A DNA stretch of 64,000 nucleotides from Candidatus Sumerlaeaceae bacterium. Its GTDB lineage: Bacteria > Sumerlaeota > Sumerlaeia > Sumerlaeales > Sumerlaeaceae. This document shows positions 11,150-21,779 of this stretch, piece after piece. Both the position numbers and the translations under genes were made by a program. Position 1 is the stretch's first letter, and the number at the start of each line of letters is the position of its first letter. The notes under the pieces are model-generated. The model was not told where the DNA came from and ran no database searches. It saw nothing but the letters and a program-made list of their open reading frames with translations. Where the stretch lies: the NCBI GenBank assembly GCA_049968255.1, contig JBMFRB010000009.1, forward strand, positions 84,362 to 148,361, given 5' to 3'.

Positions 11150-14100
11150 ATGGCGAAGACCAACGATAGCAGCCAGGAAAAATCTAAGCGTGTTACGACG
11201 CGCAGCTCAAAACGCATTCAGCGCGGAACCAAACTCGAAAGCCTAGCCTTTGAAGGAGTGCGCGAACTCGACCAGGCGGAGATGCCTCAATACCGCCCCA
11301 TCCCGATTGGCGGCGAATCGGATGAGCGTGTCAATCTCAATGAGCTGACACCGATTGCGCGCATCTCGCTGGCGTCGCCCGAGATGATCCTGAGCTGGTC
11401 GCAGCGTCACGCACAGTTGGGAGCACTGCGGTCGGCGCGGCTCTTCGATGACCATGGCCGCCTCATTGAATCGCTGAGCTTCGGCGAAGTGCGTAAGCCA
11501 GAAACAATCAATTACCGCACCTTCAAGCCCGAGCGCGATGGCCTTTTCTGCGAACGCATTTTCGGCCCAGTGAAGGACTGGGAGTGCTCCTGCGGCAAGT
11601 ACAAGAAGATCAAATACAAAGGCATCGTCTGCGACCGCTGCGGCGTGGAAGTCATCGAGTCAAAAGTTCGCCGCGTGCGGATGGGCCACATCAAGTTGGC
11701 TTCGCCTGTCTGCCACATCTGGTATTATCATGGCACGGGTTCGCGGATCAGCGCACTGCTTGACCTCAGCGCGAAAGAATTGACCGAGGTCGTCTACCTG
11801 CAGAAGTACATCGTCGTGGATCCGGGGGACACGCCGTTGGCTGAGCGCCAGATCCTGACCGACGCCGAAGCGCGCCAGTATCGCGAAATGTACGGCGACA
11901 AGGTGAAAATTGGCACCGGCGCCGAGGCGATCAAAGAGTTACTCAAAAGACTTGATATCGAGCAGTTGGCCCGCGAGCTGGCGCTCGAAATGCGCAAGAC
12001 CCCGTCGCAGCAAAAGCGGGCCCGGATCATCAAGCGCTTGAAGGTCGTCGAGGCTTTCCGCGGCTCAGGAAACCGACCCGAGTGGATGGTCATTGATGTG
12101 TTGCCAGTCATACCGCCCGATCTGCGCCCCTTGGTGCAGCTCGACGGGGGGCGGGTGGCGACCACGGACCTCAACGATCTTTACCGCCGCATTATCAACC
12201 GCAATAACCGCCTTAAGAGGATGCTTGAGCTGCAGTCGCCCGAAGTGATCATCCGCAACGAAAAGCGTATGCTGCAAGAGGCGGTGGACGCGCTCCTGGA
12301 CAACTCCAAGCGCGCGCGCCCGACCAAAGGCCACAACAACCGACCATTGAAATCACTCAGCGACTTGCTCAAAGGCAAGACCGGGCGGTTCCGCCAGAAT
12401 CTCCTGGGTAAGCGCGTGGACTATTCTGGCCGGTCGGTGATCGTGGTCGGCCCCGAGCTACGCTTCAACGAGTGCGGGTTGCCCAAGAAAATGGCCCTCG
12501 AGCTCTTCGATCCTTTCATCATCGGGGAGCTTCAGCGGCGCGGAATTACCAACAATATTAAAGCAGCAAAACGACTCATTGAGAGTGAAGCGCCCGAGGT
12601 CTACGACTGCCTCGAAAGCATCATCGCCGATCACCCTGTGCTGCTCAACCGCGCACCTACCTTGCACCGCTTGGGCGTGCAAGCCTTTATGCCCAAGCTC
12701 ATCGAGGGAAAGGCTATCCAGCTTCACCCGCTGGCATGTGCCGCGTTCAATGCGGACTTCGACGGCGACCAAATGGCTGTACATGTGCCGCTCTCGGTCG
12801 AGGCAATCCTCGAGGCCAAGCGCCTCATGATGGCGGAAAACAATATCCTCCTGCCCGCCAGCGGAAAGCCCGTGGCTGTGCCCTCGCAGGACGTCGTGCT
12901 GGGGCTCTTTTATCTGACGAAGCTCGTTCCTAACACCGAGCGTTATGCCAATGCTAAAGATGACGAAGAGAAAAAGCTGCTCAAGCCGAAGTTCAGCTCC
13001 CCGGACGAGGTTGTCATGGCCTTCAACTACGGCCGGGTGAAGCTGCACGAAGAAATCACTGTGCGGCTGGCCGATGGACGGCGCATTGCGACCACCCCTG
13101 GTCGGGTCATCTTCTCGCAGATGCTTCCGCGCGAAATCGAATTCTTCGACACGGCAAAAAACCCAACGTTTGCTAACCAAGTCCAGACGAAAAAGACGCT
13201 TGCGCAGATCGTAGCCCTTGCGCACAAGCGTGTCGGCAAGAAGCGCACCGCCGAAATGCTTGATCGCATCAAGGACCTTGGGTTCTCCTATGCCAAGCGT
13301 GCCGGCATCTCGATGTGCATCGATGATTTGGTCATTCCCAAGAGAAAGGAAGAGATCATTAAGCGGGCACGTGAGCGCGTGAAAAAGATTGAGCAGCAAT
13401 TCCGGCAAGGGCTCATTTCCAACAGTGAGCGCTACCAGAAGGTCATTCACGAATGGAACCTCGCAGCCGAGGAGGTTGCTCGCGAGCTGCTGACACAGCT
13501 GTCGCAAGATCAAAATGGCCTCAATCCCGTGTTCATGATGGCGCATTCGGGGGCCCGGGGCAACGAGTCGCAGATTCGTCAGCTCGCCGGCATGCGCGGG
13601 CTCATGCAGAAACCGACGAAGAAAATCACCGGTGGCGTCGGCGAAATTATCGAATCGCCCATTACGTCGAATTTCCGCGAGGGACTTACCGTGCTCGAGT
13701 ATTTTATTTCGACGCACGGTGCGCGCAAGGGTCTTGCCGACACAGCGCTAAAGACCTCCGACGCCGGCTACCTCACGCGTAGGCTCGTGGATGTGGCTCA
13801 GGACCTCATCATCCGCGAGCACGACTGTGGCACACTTGACGGCATCGAAGTGTCGGCTCTCAAGGAAATCACCCACACGGGCGAGCGCGAGCTCGTGCCG
13901 CTGTCTGAACGCGTCTTGGGCCGCGTCGCAGCAAGGACAGTTGTTCACCCGAAAACGGGTGCAACGATTGTCGCACGCAACCAAGAAATTACTGAGGAAA
14001 TCGCACGCGAGCTTGAGACCGCGGGCATTGAAAAATTGATGATTCGCAGCGTTTTGACGTGCGAATCTCGGCGCGGCATTTGTGCTCTGTGTTACGGCCG

Positions 14101-15535
14101 GAATCTCGCGACGGGTCGTTTGGTCGAGCCAGGCGAAGCTGTCGGCGTTATTGCAGCGCAGTCCATCGGCGAGCCCGGAACGCAGCTCACCCTGCGCACG
14201 TTCCACATCGGCGGCATGGCCTCGCTCACGGTGGAAGGATGGTACCAGGCTTCCGCGGATGGTCGCGTCAAGTTTGTGGGGCTCGAATATGTGGAGCGCG
14301 CCGAGGGCGACCCTGTCGTGATCAACCGTGGCGGAACGATCCTCGTCGAGTCAAACGACGGTGTCATTCTCCAGACGATGCCCAACGTGCCCTATGGTGC
14401 GCGTCTGAAGGTCAAAGATGGCCAAGAGGTGAAAAAGAATCAGCGATTGGCCGAGTGGGATCCACACTTCACCCCCATCCTCAGCGAGAGAGATGGTTAT
14501 GTGCGCCTGCACGACATCATTCCTGGCGTTACCATGACGGAAGAAGAGGATCTTACAACTGGCGCAAGGGTGCGCCTCATCACCGAACATCGCGAGGACC
14601 GTCATCCCTCTGTCGAAATTTGCGACGAGCAGGGCAATAAGCTGGTATCCTACGCCTTGAGCTCCGGAACAATCCTTGATCGCGATTTGGTCGACGGCCG
14701 CTTCGTGCGCGCTGGCGACATTCTCGGCCGTATTCCACGCGTCCATGCAAAATCGAAAGACATCACAGGCGGCCTGCCGCGCGTGGAAGAACTTTTCGAA
14801 GCCCGAAAGCCCAAAGATGCTGCCGTTGTCGCGGAGATTGATGGCCGCCTTGAACTCCGCGGTGCCCACCGGGGCACGCGGCGCGTGGCTATTGTTAGCG
14901 ACGAGGGCCAAGAGCGCATTTATTCTATCCCTGCGAACAGGCACCTCATCTATTCGGATGGCCAACGGGTAAAAGCTGGCGACCCGATTACCGACGGCAC
15001 TGTTTCGCCGCATGATATCCTCGACATTCTCGGCGAAAAAGCCGTCATGGAATACCTCCTCTCTGAAGTTCAGGAGGTTTATCGCCTGCAAAATGTGAGC
15101 ATCAACGATAAGCACATCGAGTGCATCATCCGTCAGATGCTCAAGAAAGTGGTCGTGACCGAAGTCGGCAATACCCGGTTCTATTACGGCCAGCAGGTGG
15201 ACAAAGATGAATTCGAGGAAGAAAACCGCATCACTGTGAGCAAAGGCGGCACGCCTGCCAAGGGCAAGCCGAAACTCTCGGGTATCACCAAAGCAGCGCT
15301 CGAAACCGAGTCGTTTATCGCGGCTGCCAGCTTCCAAGAAACACCACGAGTGCTTGCCGATGCTGCCGTCCGCGGCCGATACGATTACCTGCGCGGCCTG
15401 AAAGAAAACGTGATCATGGGCTTGCTCATCCCGGCTGGAACAGGACTGCCCGTGTATCGCAATATCGAGGTGAAACCGAAGAAGGAAGAAGAGACTCTCG
15501 GCGCTGGAGTGGGTCAGCTTGCCGACGCTCAATGA
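11150..15535 (+). CDS. rpoC: DNA-directed RNA polymerase beta' subunit
   Basis: [57 protein letters not shown]. Confidence 0.99.
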   Translation: MAKTNDSSQEKSKRVTTRSSKRIQRGTKLESLAFEGVRELDQAEMPQYRPIPIGGESDERVNLNELTPIARISLASPEMILSWSQRHAQLGALRSARLFDDHGRLIESLSFGEVRKPETINYRTFKPERDGLFCERIFGPVKDWECSCGKYKKIKYKGIVCDRCGVEVIESKVRRVRMGHIKLASPVCHIWYYHGTGSRISALLDLSAKELTEVVYLQKYIVVDPGDTPLAERQILTDAEARQYREMYGDKVKIGTGAEAIKELLKRLDIEQLARELALEMRKTPSQQKRARIIKRLKVVEAFRGSGNRPEWMVIDVLPVIPPDLRPLVQLDGGRVATTDLNDLYRRIINRNNRLKRMLELQSPEVIIRNEKRMLQEAVDALLDNSKRARPTKGHNNRPLKSLSDLLKGKTGRFRQNLLGKRVDYSGRSVIVVGPELRFNECGLPKKMALELFDPFIIGELQRRGITNNIKAAKRLIESEAPEVYDCLESIIADHPVLLNRAPTLHRLGVQAFMPKLIEGKAIQLHPLACAAFNADFDGDQMAVHVPLSVEAILEAKRLMMAENNILLPASGKPVAVPSQDVVLGLFYLTKLVPNTERYANAKDDEEKKLLKPKFSSPDEVVMAFNYGRVKLHEEITVRLADGRRIATTPGRVIFSQMLPREIEFFDTAKNPTFANQVQTKKTLAQIVALAHKRVGKKRTAEMLDRIKDLGFSYAKRAGISMCIDDLVIPKRKEEIIKRARERVKKIEQQFRQGLISNSERYQKVIHEWNLAAEEVARELLTQLSQDQNGLNPVFMMAHSGARGNESQIRQLAGMRGLMQKPTKKITGGVGEIIESPITSNFREGLTVLEYFISTHGARKGLADTALKTSDAGYLTRRLVDVAQDLIIREHDCGTLDGIEVSALKEITHTGERELVPLSERVLGRVAARTVVHPKTGATIVARNQEITEEIARELETAGIEKLMIRSVLTCESRRGICALCYGRNLATGRLVEPGEAVGVIAAQSIGEPGTQLTLRTFHIGGMASLTVEGWYQASADGRVKFVGLEYVERAEGDPVVINRGGTILVESNDGVILQTMPNVPYGARLKVKDGQEVKKNQRLAEWDPHFTPILSERDGYVRLHDIIPGVTMTEEEDLTTGARVRLITEHREDRHPSVEICDEQGNKLVSYALSSGTILDRDLVDGRFVRAGDILGRIPRVHAKSKDITGGLPRVEELFEARKPKDAAVVAEIDGRLELRGAHRGTRRVAIVSDEGQERIYSIPANRHLIYSDGQRVKAGDPITDGTVSPHDILDILGEKAVMEYLLSEVQEVYRLQNVSINDKHIECIIRQMLKKVVVTEVGNTRFYYGQQVDKDEFEEENRITVSKGGTPAKGKPKLSGITKAALETESFIAAASFQETPRVLADAAVRGRYDYLRGLKENVIMGLLIPAGTGLPVYRNIEVKPKKEEETLGAGVGQLADAQ

Positions 15536-15844
15536 GAGCGGTTGATTCCGCAACGTTGGAAAATCTGGGCTGCAGTTGCAAAAACTGCAGCCTGTTTTTT
15601 TTCGAAGGTTTGCCTTCGGAGTAATTTTCAGTACCATAGTCGGTGGCGCACAGAAACATCCGTTGCATAAAACGTGACTGTGCACCAATACCACCTTGCA
15701 AGATAGGCGAAGCTCCTTCGAAAAATGCTAACAAAAGAGACAATCTCTCGTTTGCATTTGACACTCCGTCGCGCGCTTTTACGGGTAATGCGTTGTATTG
15801 ATTTCCGAGGAACACCGACGCACAGAATGGAAAACTCAGCAGCG

Positions 15845-16930
15845 ATGAAATCCTCTCACGCCGTGAAATCATGCGTTGTTTTTGCGGCACTTTTGCTTGT
15901 GGTTGCCTGCAATTCCCCGGACGATTACCGTCGCGCCAAAACATATCTCGATCAGGGGGACTTGGCGCGTGCAGAGCAGCTCTTTCTCAAAGCAGCTGCA
16001 AAGGACCCAAAAGATGCCCGACCGCTTCTGAAATTAGCCACTATCTATTTCCGCGAGGAAAAGTTTGAAGATGCGGCCAGAACCCTCGAAAAAGCCCGGG
16101 CGCTTGTTCCCGAAGATGGTGAAATTGCAGCGCGCTTGGCTCTTGCGTTGCAGAAATCCGGACGGCCCGGCGATGCAGCGACAGTAGCGCGAAAAGCGCT
16201 CCAGCTTGATGATGTGCAAAAGGATAAAAAGATGCGCGAACGGCTGGAGAAATTGATAACTGAACTGGAGAGTGAGATTCCCGTTACTGAGCAGGCTCGA
16301 CAGGGTGAAAAAACAGTGCAACAAGACCAGACCACGACAGGTGCAACTGGCGCTGACCGCGCGACGACAGAGACTGCCGCGCGCGACGTCTCTCCCTGTG
16401 CCCCGCTGCCCACGCCCCCAATCAAACGCGAAGATCTTGCTAAACTTATTCCTAGCGACGCTCCGGGACGTGTCATCATCCGCTGGCGCACGGAAACCCA
16501 AGAGGAAAACCTCGGCTTCAATATCTACCGAAGCGAAAACCCCGAAGGTCCCTACCAGCGCATTAATCGCTCGCTCATACCGGGCGAAGGCTCAACGAAT
16601 ATTCCCAAAGACTATTGTTTCGAAGACAAACCTCTGCCGCGCGGAAAAGTCTTCTACTACTATATCGAAACAGTCTCTGTGAATGGAGTGCACGAAGTTC
16701 TCGAAGGCACCAAAGGCACACGAGTAAAAGTGAAAACTGTGGAAGAGGAACGCGAGTGGCTTTGGAAGAAAGTCATGGGTGAAGATCATCCGAGCACACC
16801 CACTTCCGAAGCACGATCTGTCCTTCAGCAGCGCCAGACGGCAACGACAAGATCGTCCACTGTTGCTTATTTCACCCTGAAATCGGACCAAGAAGCAACC
16901 ACGCCAGCTGTGGCCGATCCCATCTATTGA
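15845..16930 (+). CDS. Lipoprotein with TPR repeats and a C-terminal FN3/Ig-like domain
   Basis: Lipobox LLLVVAC, about three TPRs, Thr/Ala/Pro linker, then VIIRWRTETQEENLGFNIYRS...YCFEDKPL...YYYIETVSVNG. Confidence 0.8.
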   Translation: MKSSHAVKSCVVFAALLLVVACNSPDDYRRAKTYLDQGDLARAEQLFLKAAAKDPKDARPLLKLATIYFREEKFEDAARTLEKARALVPEDGEIAARLALALQKSGRPGDAATVARKALQLDDVQKDKKMRERLEKLITELESEIPVTEQARQGEKTVQQDQTTTGATGADRATTETAARDVSPCAPLPTPPIKREDLAKLIPSDAPGRVIIRWRTETQEENLGFNIYRSENPEGPYQRINRSLIPGEGSTNIPKDYCFEDKPLPRGKVFYYYIETVSVNGVHEVLEGTKGTRVKVKTVEEEREWLWKKVMGEDHPSTPTSEARSVLQQRQTATTRSSTVAYFTLKSDQEATTPAVADPIY

Positions 16931-16953
16931 GAAAAGGAGCAGACAACTAGGTC

Positions 16954-17904
16954 ATGCCCGTTACCTTGATTACAGGTGGAGCAGGTTTTATTGGCTCGCA
17001 TCTGTGCGAACGTTTTCTTGCCGAAGGCCACCACGTGATTGCGATGGACAACTTGATAACAGGTTCCGTCGCAAACATTGAGCATATCCGCGATCCTCGG
17101 TTCCACTTTATTCATTATGACGTCACTGAATACATCTACGTGAAGGGGCCTGTCCACAATGTGCTCCACTTTGCGTCGCCGGCGAGTCCCGCCGACTACA
17201 TGCGCATGCCCATCCAAACACTGAAAGTGGGGTCGCTGGGAACCCACAAGGCCCTCGGCCTGGCGCGTGAGAAAAACGCGCGCTTCCTCTTGGCGAGCAC
17301 AAGCGAAGTTTATGGCGACCCGGAAGTTCATCCACAGCCGGAGACCTATTGGGGCAACGTCAACCCCGTGGGGCCACGCGGTGTTTACGACGAGGCAAAG
17401 CGCTTCGCCGAAGCGATGACAATTGCCTATCACCGCTACCATGGTGTGAATACACGAATTGCCCGCATCTTCAATACCTACGGGCCTCGTATGAGAATGC
17501 ATGACGGCAGGGTCGTGCCCAGTTTTATTGCCTCGGTGCTTCGCAATGAGCCTCTGACCGTTTATGGTTCAGGCAAGCAAACGCGCAGTTTTTGTTACAT
17601 TGACGACCTTGTCGAGGGCCTCTGGCGCCTGCTCAATTCCGACGAGGTTATGCCCGTCAACCTGGGCTCCGAGTTCGAAATGACCATTGAGGAGTTCGCG
17701 CATCTCATCAAACGGCTGGCCAACAGCAATGTGCCCATCGTCTACGCACCGCTGCCGGAGGATGATCCCAAAACACGGCGGCCGGACTTGACAAAGGCGC
17801 GCACGCTGCTCGGTTGGGAGCCTAAGGTCTCGCTCGAAGAGGGGCTGCGGCGCACCATCGAGTACTTCCGAGAGAACTACGAGCGCACCCACCCCCAGGG
17901 TTGA
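16954..17904 (+). CDS. UDP-glucuronate decarboxylase (UDP-xylose synthase)-like SDR
   Basis: [68 protein letters not shown]. Confidence 0.92.
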   Translation: MPVTLITGGAGFIGSHLCERFLAEGHHVIAMDNLITGSVANIEHIRDPRFHFIHYDVTEYIYVKGPVHNVLHFASPASPADYMRMPIQTLKVGSLGTHKALGLAREKNARFLLASTSEVYGDPEVHPQPETYWGNVNPVGPRGVYDEAKRFAEAMTIAYHRYHGVNTRIARIFNTYGPRMRMHDGRVVPSFIASVLRNEPLTVYGSGKQTRSFCYIDDLVEGLWRLLNSDEVMPVNLGSEFEMTIEEFAHLIKRLANSNVPIVYAPLPEDDPKTRRPDLTKARTLLGWEPKVSLEEGLRRTIEYFRENYERTHPQG

Positions 17905-17981
17905 AGGTTGCCAGCACAAAAATGCTCGGCTCCCGAAATCCACCGAGGTGGCCAAACTTTAGAGGTGAGGGTTAGGGCCTT

Positions 17982-19274
17982 ATGAGTCAACCAGCGAAGA
18001 CATATTCCTACGAACTTCTCGACAGCATTGCGTCAAAAATCGGCACCCCGTACTGGCTGCTCGATGCGGGGCTGTTGCGCGCCCGCATTGCCGAAGTCAA
18101 AGCGGTCACCGAGCCCGCTGGCGTGCGGGTGCGCTATGCGATGAAGGCGCTTTCAAACACCCGCGTCCTTCAGGAGATGCGGGCTGCTGACTTATGGATC
18201 GATGCTGTTTCGGGGAACGAAGTTCTGCGGGCTTTGCACGCTGGTTTCCCAGCTGGACAGAAGCCCCCCGTTATCATGCTAACAGCGGACGTGTTCCGAA
18301 ACAATGCGCGGGACGTCGTCCTAGAGCATAACATCTTCCCCAACATCGGGTCCCCTGGCATGATCCACGCTTTGGCCGAAGCCGGTTACCAAGGCGACAT
18401 CGCCGTCCGCCTCAATCCAGGGTTTGGGCACGGGCATGTGAATGCTTGCGACACCGGCGGGCCAAGCTCGAAACACGGCATCTGGCACGAACGCCTTGCG
18501 GAGACAGTGGAAGAAGCACGCCACCACGGCATGCGTGTGGTTATGCTCCACGCTCACATCGGTAGTGGTCCAAAGATTACAGAACTTCTTCAAAATTTGC
18601 GACGATTGACGCGCGAATACGCAACGCTTCTCCAGAAATTCCCCGACGTGGAAGCCGTGAGCCTCGGTGGCGGCATTCCTCACACTTACAAAGAAACCGA
18701 GCCGCCAGTTGACATCGTGCCGCTCAGGGAGCTTTTCCAGGAGGCCAAGACAGAACTCGAAAAAGCTGCGGGAAAGCCTCTTCGCGTCGAGATCGAGCCC
18801 GGGCGCTATTTTGTCGCTCCCTGTGCCACTCTGGTCACTCGCGTGATGGACGTAAAGAGAACCGAAACGAATCCCAAAGGACCGGGGCGCACGTTTGCCA
18901 TGGTGGACGCCGGTTTTGTGGATCTGGTGCGTCCTGCCATGTACGGTTCGTATCATCGCATCACCGTTATTGGAGCTAGGACATCTAATCCGGTGCAAGA
19001 GATCGTGGTGGCGGGGCCGTTATGTGAATCGGGTGATGTTTTCACTCGCGATGCGTCAGAGCTATTGGCACCGCGCCGTCTTCCTCGCCCCGAGCCTGGC
19101 GATCTCATCTGCATCCACGACGGCGGAGCGTACGGCTACGTCATGAGCTCGAACTATAATTCAATCGGCCGTGCTCCCCAAGTTTGGCTTGAAGAGGATG
19201 GTGGACTGCGCCTTATCTCGCGGCGCGAAACAGTAGAAGACCTGCTCCGCATCGAAACGGACGACGCGCTCTAA
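17982..19274 (+). CDS. lysA: Diaminopimelate decarboxylase
   Basis: YAMKA (PLP lysine), RLNPGFGHGH...TGG..SKHGIW, HAHIGSG, IEPGRY, GPLCESGDVFT, GAYGYVMSSNYNS. Confidence 0.95.
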   Translation: MSQPAKTYSYELLDSIASKIGTPYWLLDAGLLRARIAEVKAVTEPAGVRVRYAMKALSNTRVLQEMRAADLWIDAVSGNEVLRALHAGFPAGQKPPVIMLTADVFRNNARDVVLEHNIFPNIGSPGMIHALAEAGYQGDIAVRLNPGFGHGHVNACDTGGPSSKHGIWHERLAETVEEARHHGMRVVMLHAHIGSGPKITELLQNLRRLTREYATLLQKFPDVEAVSLGGGIPHTYKETEPPVDIVPLRELFQEAKTELEKAAGKPLRVEIEPGRYFVAPCATLVTRVMDVKRTETNPKGPGRTFAMVDAGFVDLVRPAMYGSYHRITVIGARTSNPVQEIVVAGPLCESGDVFTRDASELLAPRRLPRPEPGDLICIHDGGAYGYVMSSNYNSIGRAPQVWLEEDGGLRLISRRETVEDLLRIETDDAL

Positions 19275-19314
19275 GCACAAGCACACGGCTTCGGCAGGTG
19301 CAAGGCCTCTGCTG

Positions 19315-20757
19315 CTATTGGTAAAGCGACCAATCGTCCCCAACGCTTGACGGCGGCGCATCAAAGGCTGGATAATTCGTGAACTCGACCGTTACGCGCC
19401 CGCGCCAGTCCGCCGTTTCGAAATCATAGGTGCCCGGCGTCTGTGTGGACACGGTAAGGGTCGTATCAGCAAGGTTATCATACGCATTCGTGATGTCTTC
19501 CGTGATCCCGTAGAGCAGGTCGTAATCAATCTCCTTTGTGTTTGTCTTGAGCACAAGCTGCGTTTCTCCCGGCAAAATCATGTCGTCGAACCAGAGAGCA
19601 TCAAGGGTATGGGTGGTCTGTGCCGAAAGGCGGTAGTAAGGGAAATTCGTGTCATCGTAGCGATACTCGTGAATCGGGTCTGTGATCCCATAGAGTACCT
19701 GCGCCCGCGGCGAAAAAACGGAGACGCCGAACACGTACTCGCCGTCTCCGAGCCCAGAACGCTCTTTTGAGTTTTTGATAAGCACCTGCGCCAAACGGAC
19801 GGTCACGCGTCGGCGCCCAAAGAGATCCGCCGCGATTCCGGCGCGCAATCCTTGGTTGTCTTTGCTACTTTCGTGAGTTGCGTGCACACAGCTTCGTGTG
19901 GGCCAAAGACCCAGGTATTTCGATTGTGCGCTGAGCTTGTGAAAAAAGGTGTCGCGCAAGAGTTGCACCCCATCATTGGGTTTTTGCGCTGCCAGCGTCA
20001 ACGCGTAGCTATTTAAATTGTCATCCGATGGAATCCAAATATGAATCGGAATAAGGCCAAGGAAAGGATTATCCGCTTCGTCATGCGGAGTGTAGATGTG
20101 GGCGTCTATCCAGCTATAGCTCATGTGCTCGAGATCTATGGGATTCAGGTCTAGGACGTCGCTCATGAAATTCCGCAGCGAGCTGCCCCCCTCGCTGGCA
20201 ATCCAATTGCCTGCCACCACTCCCTCGACCACAATCCAGCGAGCGATTTTGCCGCTGCTCACCAGCTGCTCGACGTCCTTCTCAACAATCCACCGTGAGA
20301 CGAGTCCGCCCATACTCACCCCGAATAGGTTGATCTGCTGAGCCCCGGACCGCCGCATAACCTCCTTCGCATACTTCGCGGTGATGAGTGCGTAGCGGGG
20401 AACCCCTCCGCCGTAAGTGGATGTGACGGCTTCAAGATCGGCGATGTCTTGCGCTGTGTAGTAGGGGGGCGGCGTCTCGCCGTAATAATTTGCGAAAGCG
20501 ACCTGATTTGGTGCGTAAGGGGCTACGTCCGCCGTGGGGAGTCCCACGGTCGCTGCTAGAGCTGTCACCGTCGGTGATGCAGTGTCTGCACCAAACACCC
20601 CATGGCTGCTGGCTCCGTCTTTATCAAAACCTCGCACCACAATGGTTGCTGTGTGACTTGGCGGAGCGACTGCATGCAAAACCCCTGGGCTTATTGATAG
20701 TCCAAGAACGCCCATTGCACCCATGAGTACCCGCACACTCGAGTTCATCGCGCTCAC
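19315..20757 (-). CDS. Secreted alpha/beta-hydrolase (lipase/esterase-like) with a C-terminal beta domain and a VGDDWSLY tail
   Basis: Signal peptide, nucleophile elbow GVSMGG, PNDG aspartate, HATH. Ends SSVGDDWSLYQ. Confidence 0.75.
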   Translation of the reverse strand: MSAMNSSVRVLMGAMGVLGLSISPGVLHAVAPPSHTATIVVRGFDKDGASSHGVFGADTASPTVTALAATVGLPTADVAPYAPNQVAFANYYGETPPPYYTAQDIADLEAVTSTYGGGVPRYALITAKYAKEVMRRSGAQQINLFGVSMGGLVSRWIVEKDVEQLVSSGKIARWIVVEGVVAGNWIASEGGSSLRNFMSDVLDLNPIDLEHMSYSWIDAHIYTPHDEADNPFLGLIPIHIWIPSDDNLNSYALTLAAQKPNDGVQLLRDTFFHKLSAQSKYLGLWPTRSCVHATHESSKDNQGLRAGIAADLFGRRRVTVRLAQVLIKNSKERSGLGDGEYVFGVSVFSPRAQVLYGITDPIHEYRYDDTNFPYYRLSAQTTHTLDALWFDDMILPGETQLVLKTNTKEIDYDLLYGITEDITNAYDNLADTTLTVSTQTPGTYDFETADWRGRVTVEFTNYPAFDAPPSSVGDDWSLYQ

Positions 20758-20951
20758 CTACACTAAAGTGCCTTTAGAATCTAATTATTTATAGCCCGGG
20801 AGCGAAAAGAAAACTCACGGGCGCATGCGGCTCGTGGCTCGATGCTCCGCACGAGCGCTGGTGGGTGCTTTTTCGTGCGAATTTTGACAGGCAAAGTCGG
20901 TAAACCAAAACCGTCCGGAAAGAACGAACCAAGCGAGTGGATTAGAGAACG

Positions 20952-21107
20952 ATGAAACGTACCTTTCAACCAAGTCTACGCAAACGATGGAACAAACACG
21001 GTTTTCGCGAGCGCATGAAGACAAAGAGCGGGCGTGCTGTGCTGGCGCGTCGACGGGCAAAGGGACGTCATCGTCTCACGGCATCCGACTCGCGGTCGGC
21101 TCGTTAG
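20952..21107 (+). CDS. rpmH: 50S ribosomal protein L34 (not in the ORF track)
   Basis: Manual translation gives [51 protein letters not shown]. Confidence 0.97.
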   Translation: MKRTFQPSLRKRWNKHGFRERMKTKSGRAVLARRRAKGRHRLTASDSRSAR

Positions 21108-21130
21108 ATTCGTGGCGATGCCGGTGGTGA

Positions 21131-21511
21131 GTGGGTGACAGGAAAAGCCGCTTCTTTTTTCGTAAAGAGAACCGCGTTCGCAAGCGGCGCGATTTTCTTG
21201 ATGCGTATGAGCGTGGCACCTCCTATCGGCGGCGGGGAGTTCACGTGTTTATTTGCCGGCGCGAAACCCGGGATCTTCCCACGCGGCTAGGCATCACGGT
21301 CACCCGAAAAGTGGGGCGTGCTGTCGTCCGTAACCGCCTGAAACGACTCGCCCGAGAAGCTTTTCGTCTTGTCTTGCCTTTCCTTGAGCCAGGCTACACG
21401 ATCGTCGTGAACTTCGGGCCTGCTGCCAGGGAGATGAAGTTTCGGGATGTGCAAAAGCAGTTGTACTCGGTCTGGAAAGAGGCCGGAATCTTGAAAGATG
21501 ACGCTGGGTGA
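21131..21511 (+). CDS. rnpA: Ribonuclease P protein component
   Basis: RLGITVTRKVGRAVVRNRLKRLARE motif, directly after rpmH. Confidence 0.96.
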   Translation: MGDRKSRFFFRKENRVRKRRDFLDAYERGTSYRRRGVHVFICRRETRDLPTRLGITVTRKVGRAVVRNRLKRLAREAFRLVLPFLEPGYTIVVNFGPAAREMKFRDVQKQLYSVWKEAGILKDDAG

Positions 21512-21764
21512 GCACATCGAGCGCCCCTTCAAGCTGCTAGTGAGCGGGATGATTCGTGGCTACCAGCGGTGGGTGTCGCCGCATTTTCCGCCATCATGCC
21601 GATTCTATCCAACATGCTCGAATTATGCGCTGGAAGCCCTCCAGTGTCGGCGCTTGTTGCCCGCACTTGGTCTCATCGTGTGGCGGGTCCTCAGGTGCCA
21701 ACCCTTTTGCCGTGGCGGTTACGATCCCGTGCCTCACGCACATCAGTCCGGAGAAAGCGAGTGA
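21498..21764 (+). CDS. yidD: Membrane protein insertion efficiency factor YidD
   Basis: IRGYQRWVSP...CRFYPTCSNYA...RVLRCQPFCRGGYDPVP. Confidence 0.96.
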   Translation: MTLGEHIERPFKLLVSGMIRGYQRWVSPHFPPSCRFYPTCSNYALEALQCRRLLPALGLIVWRVLRCQPFCRGGYDPVPHAHQSGESE

Positions 21765-21779
21765 GTAAGTAAGGCGAGC

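Noticed and set aside
12458-15694. Long antisense ORFs of 419 aa and 447 aa, and similar shadow ORFs across the window
   Set aside because: They lie opposite well-conserved genes such as rpoC, have no recognisable motifs, and are expected from codon bias at this GC content.
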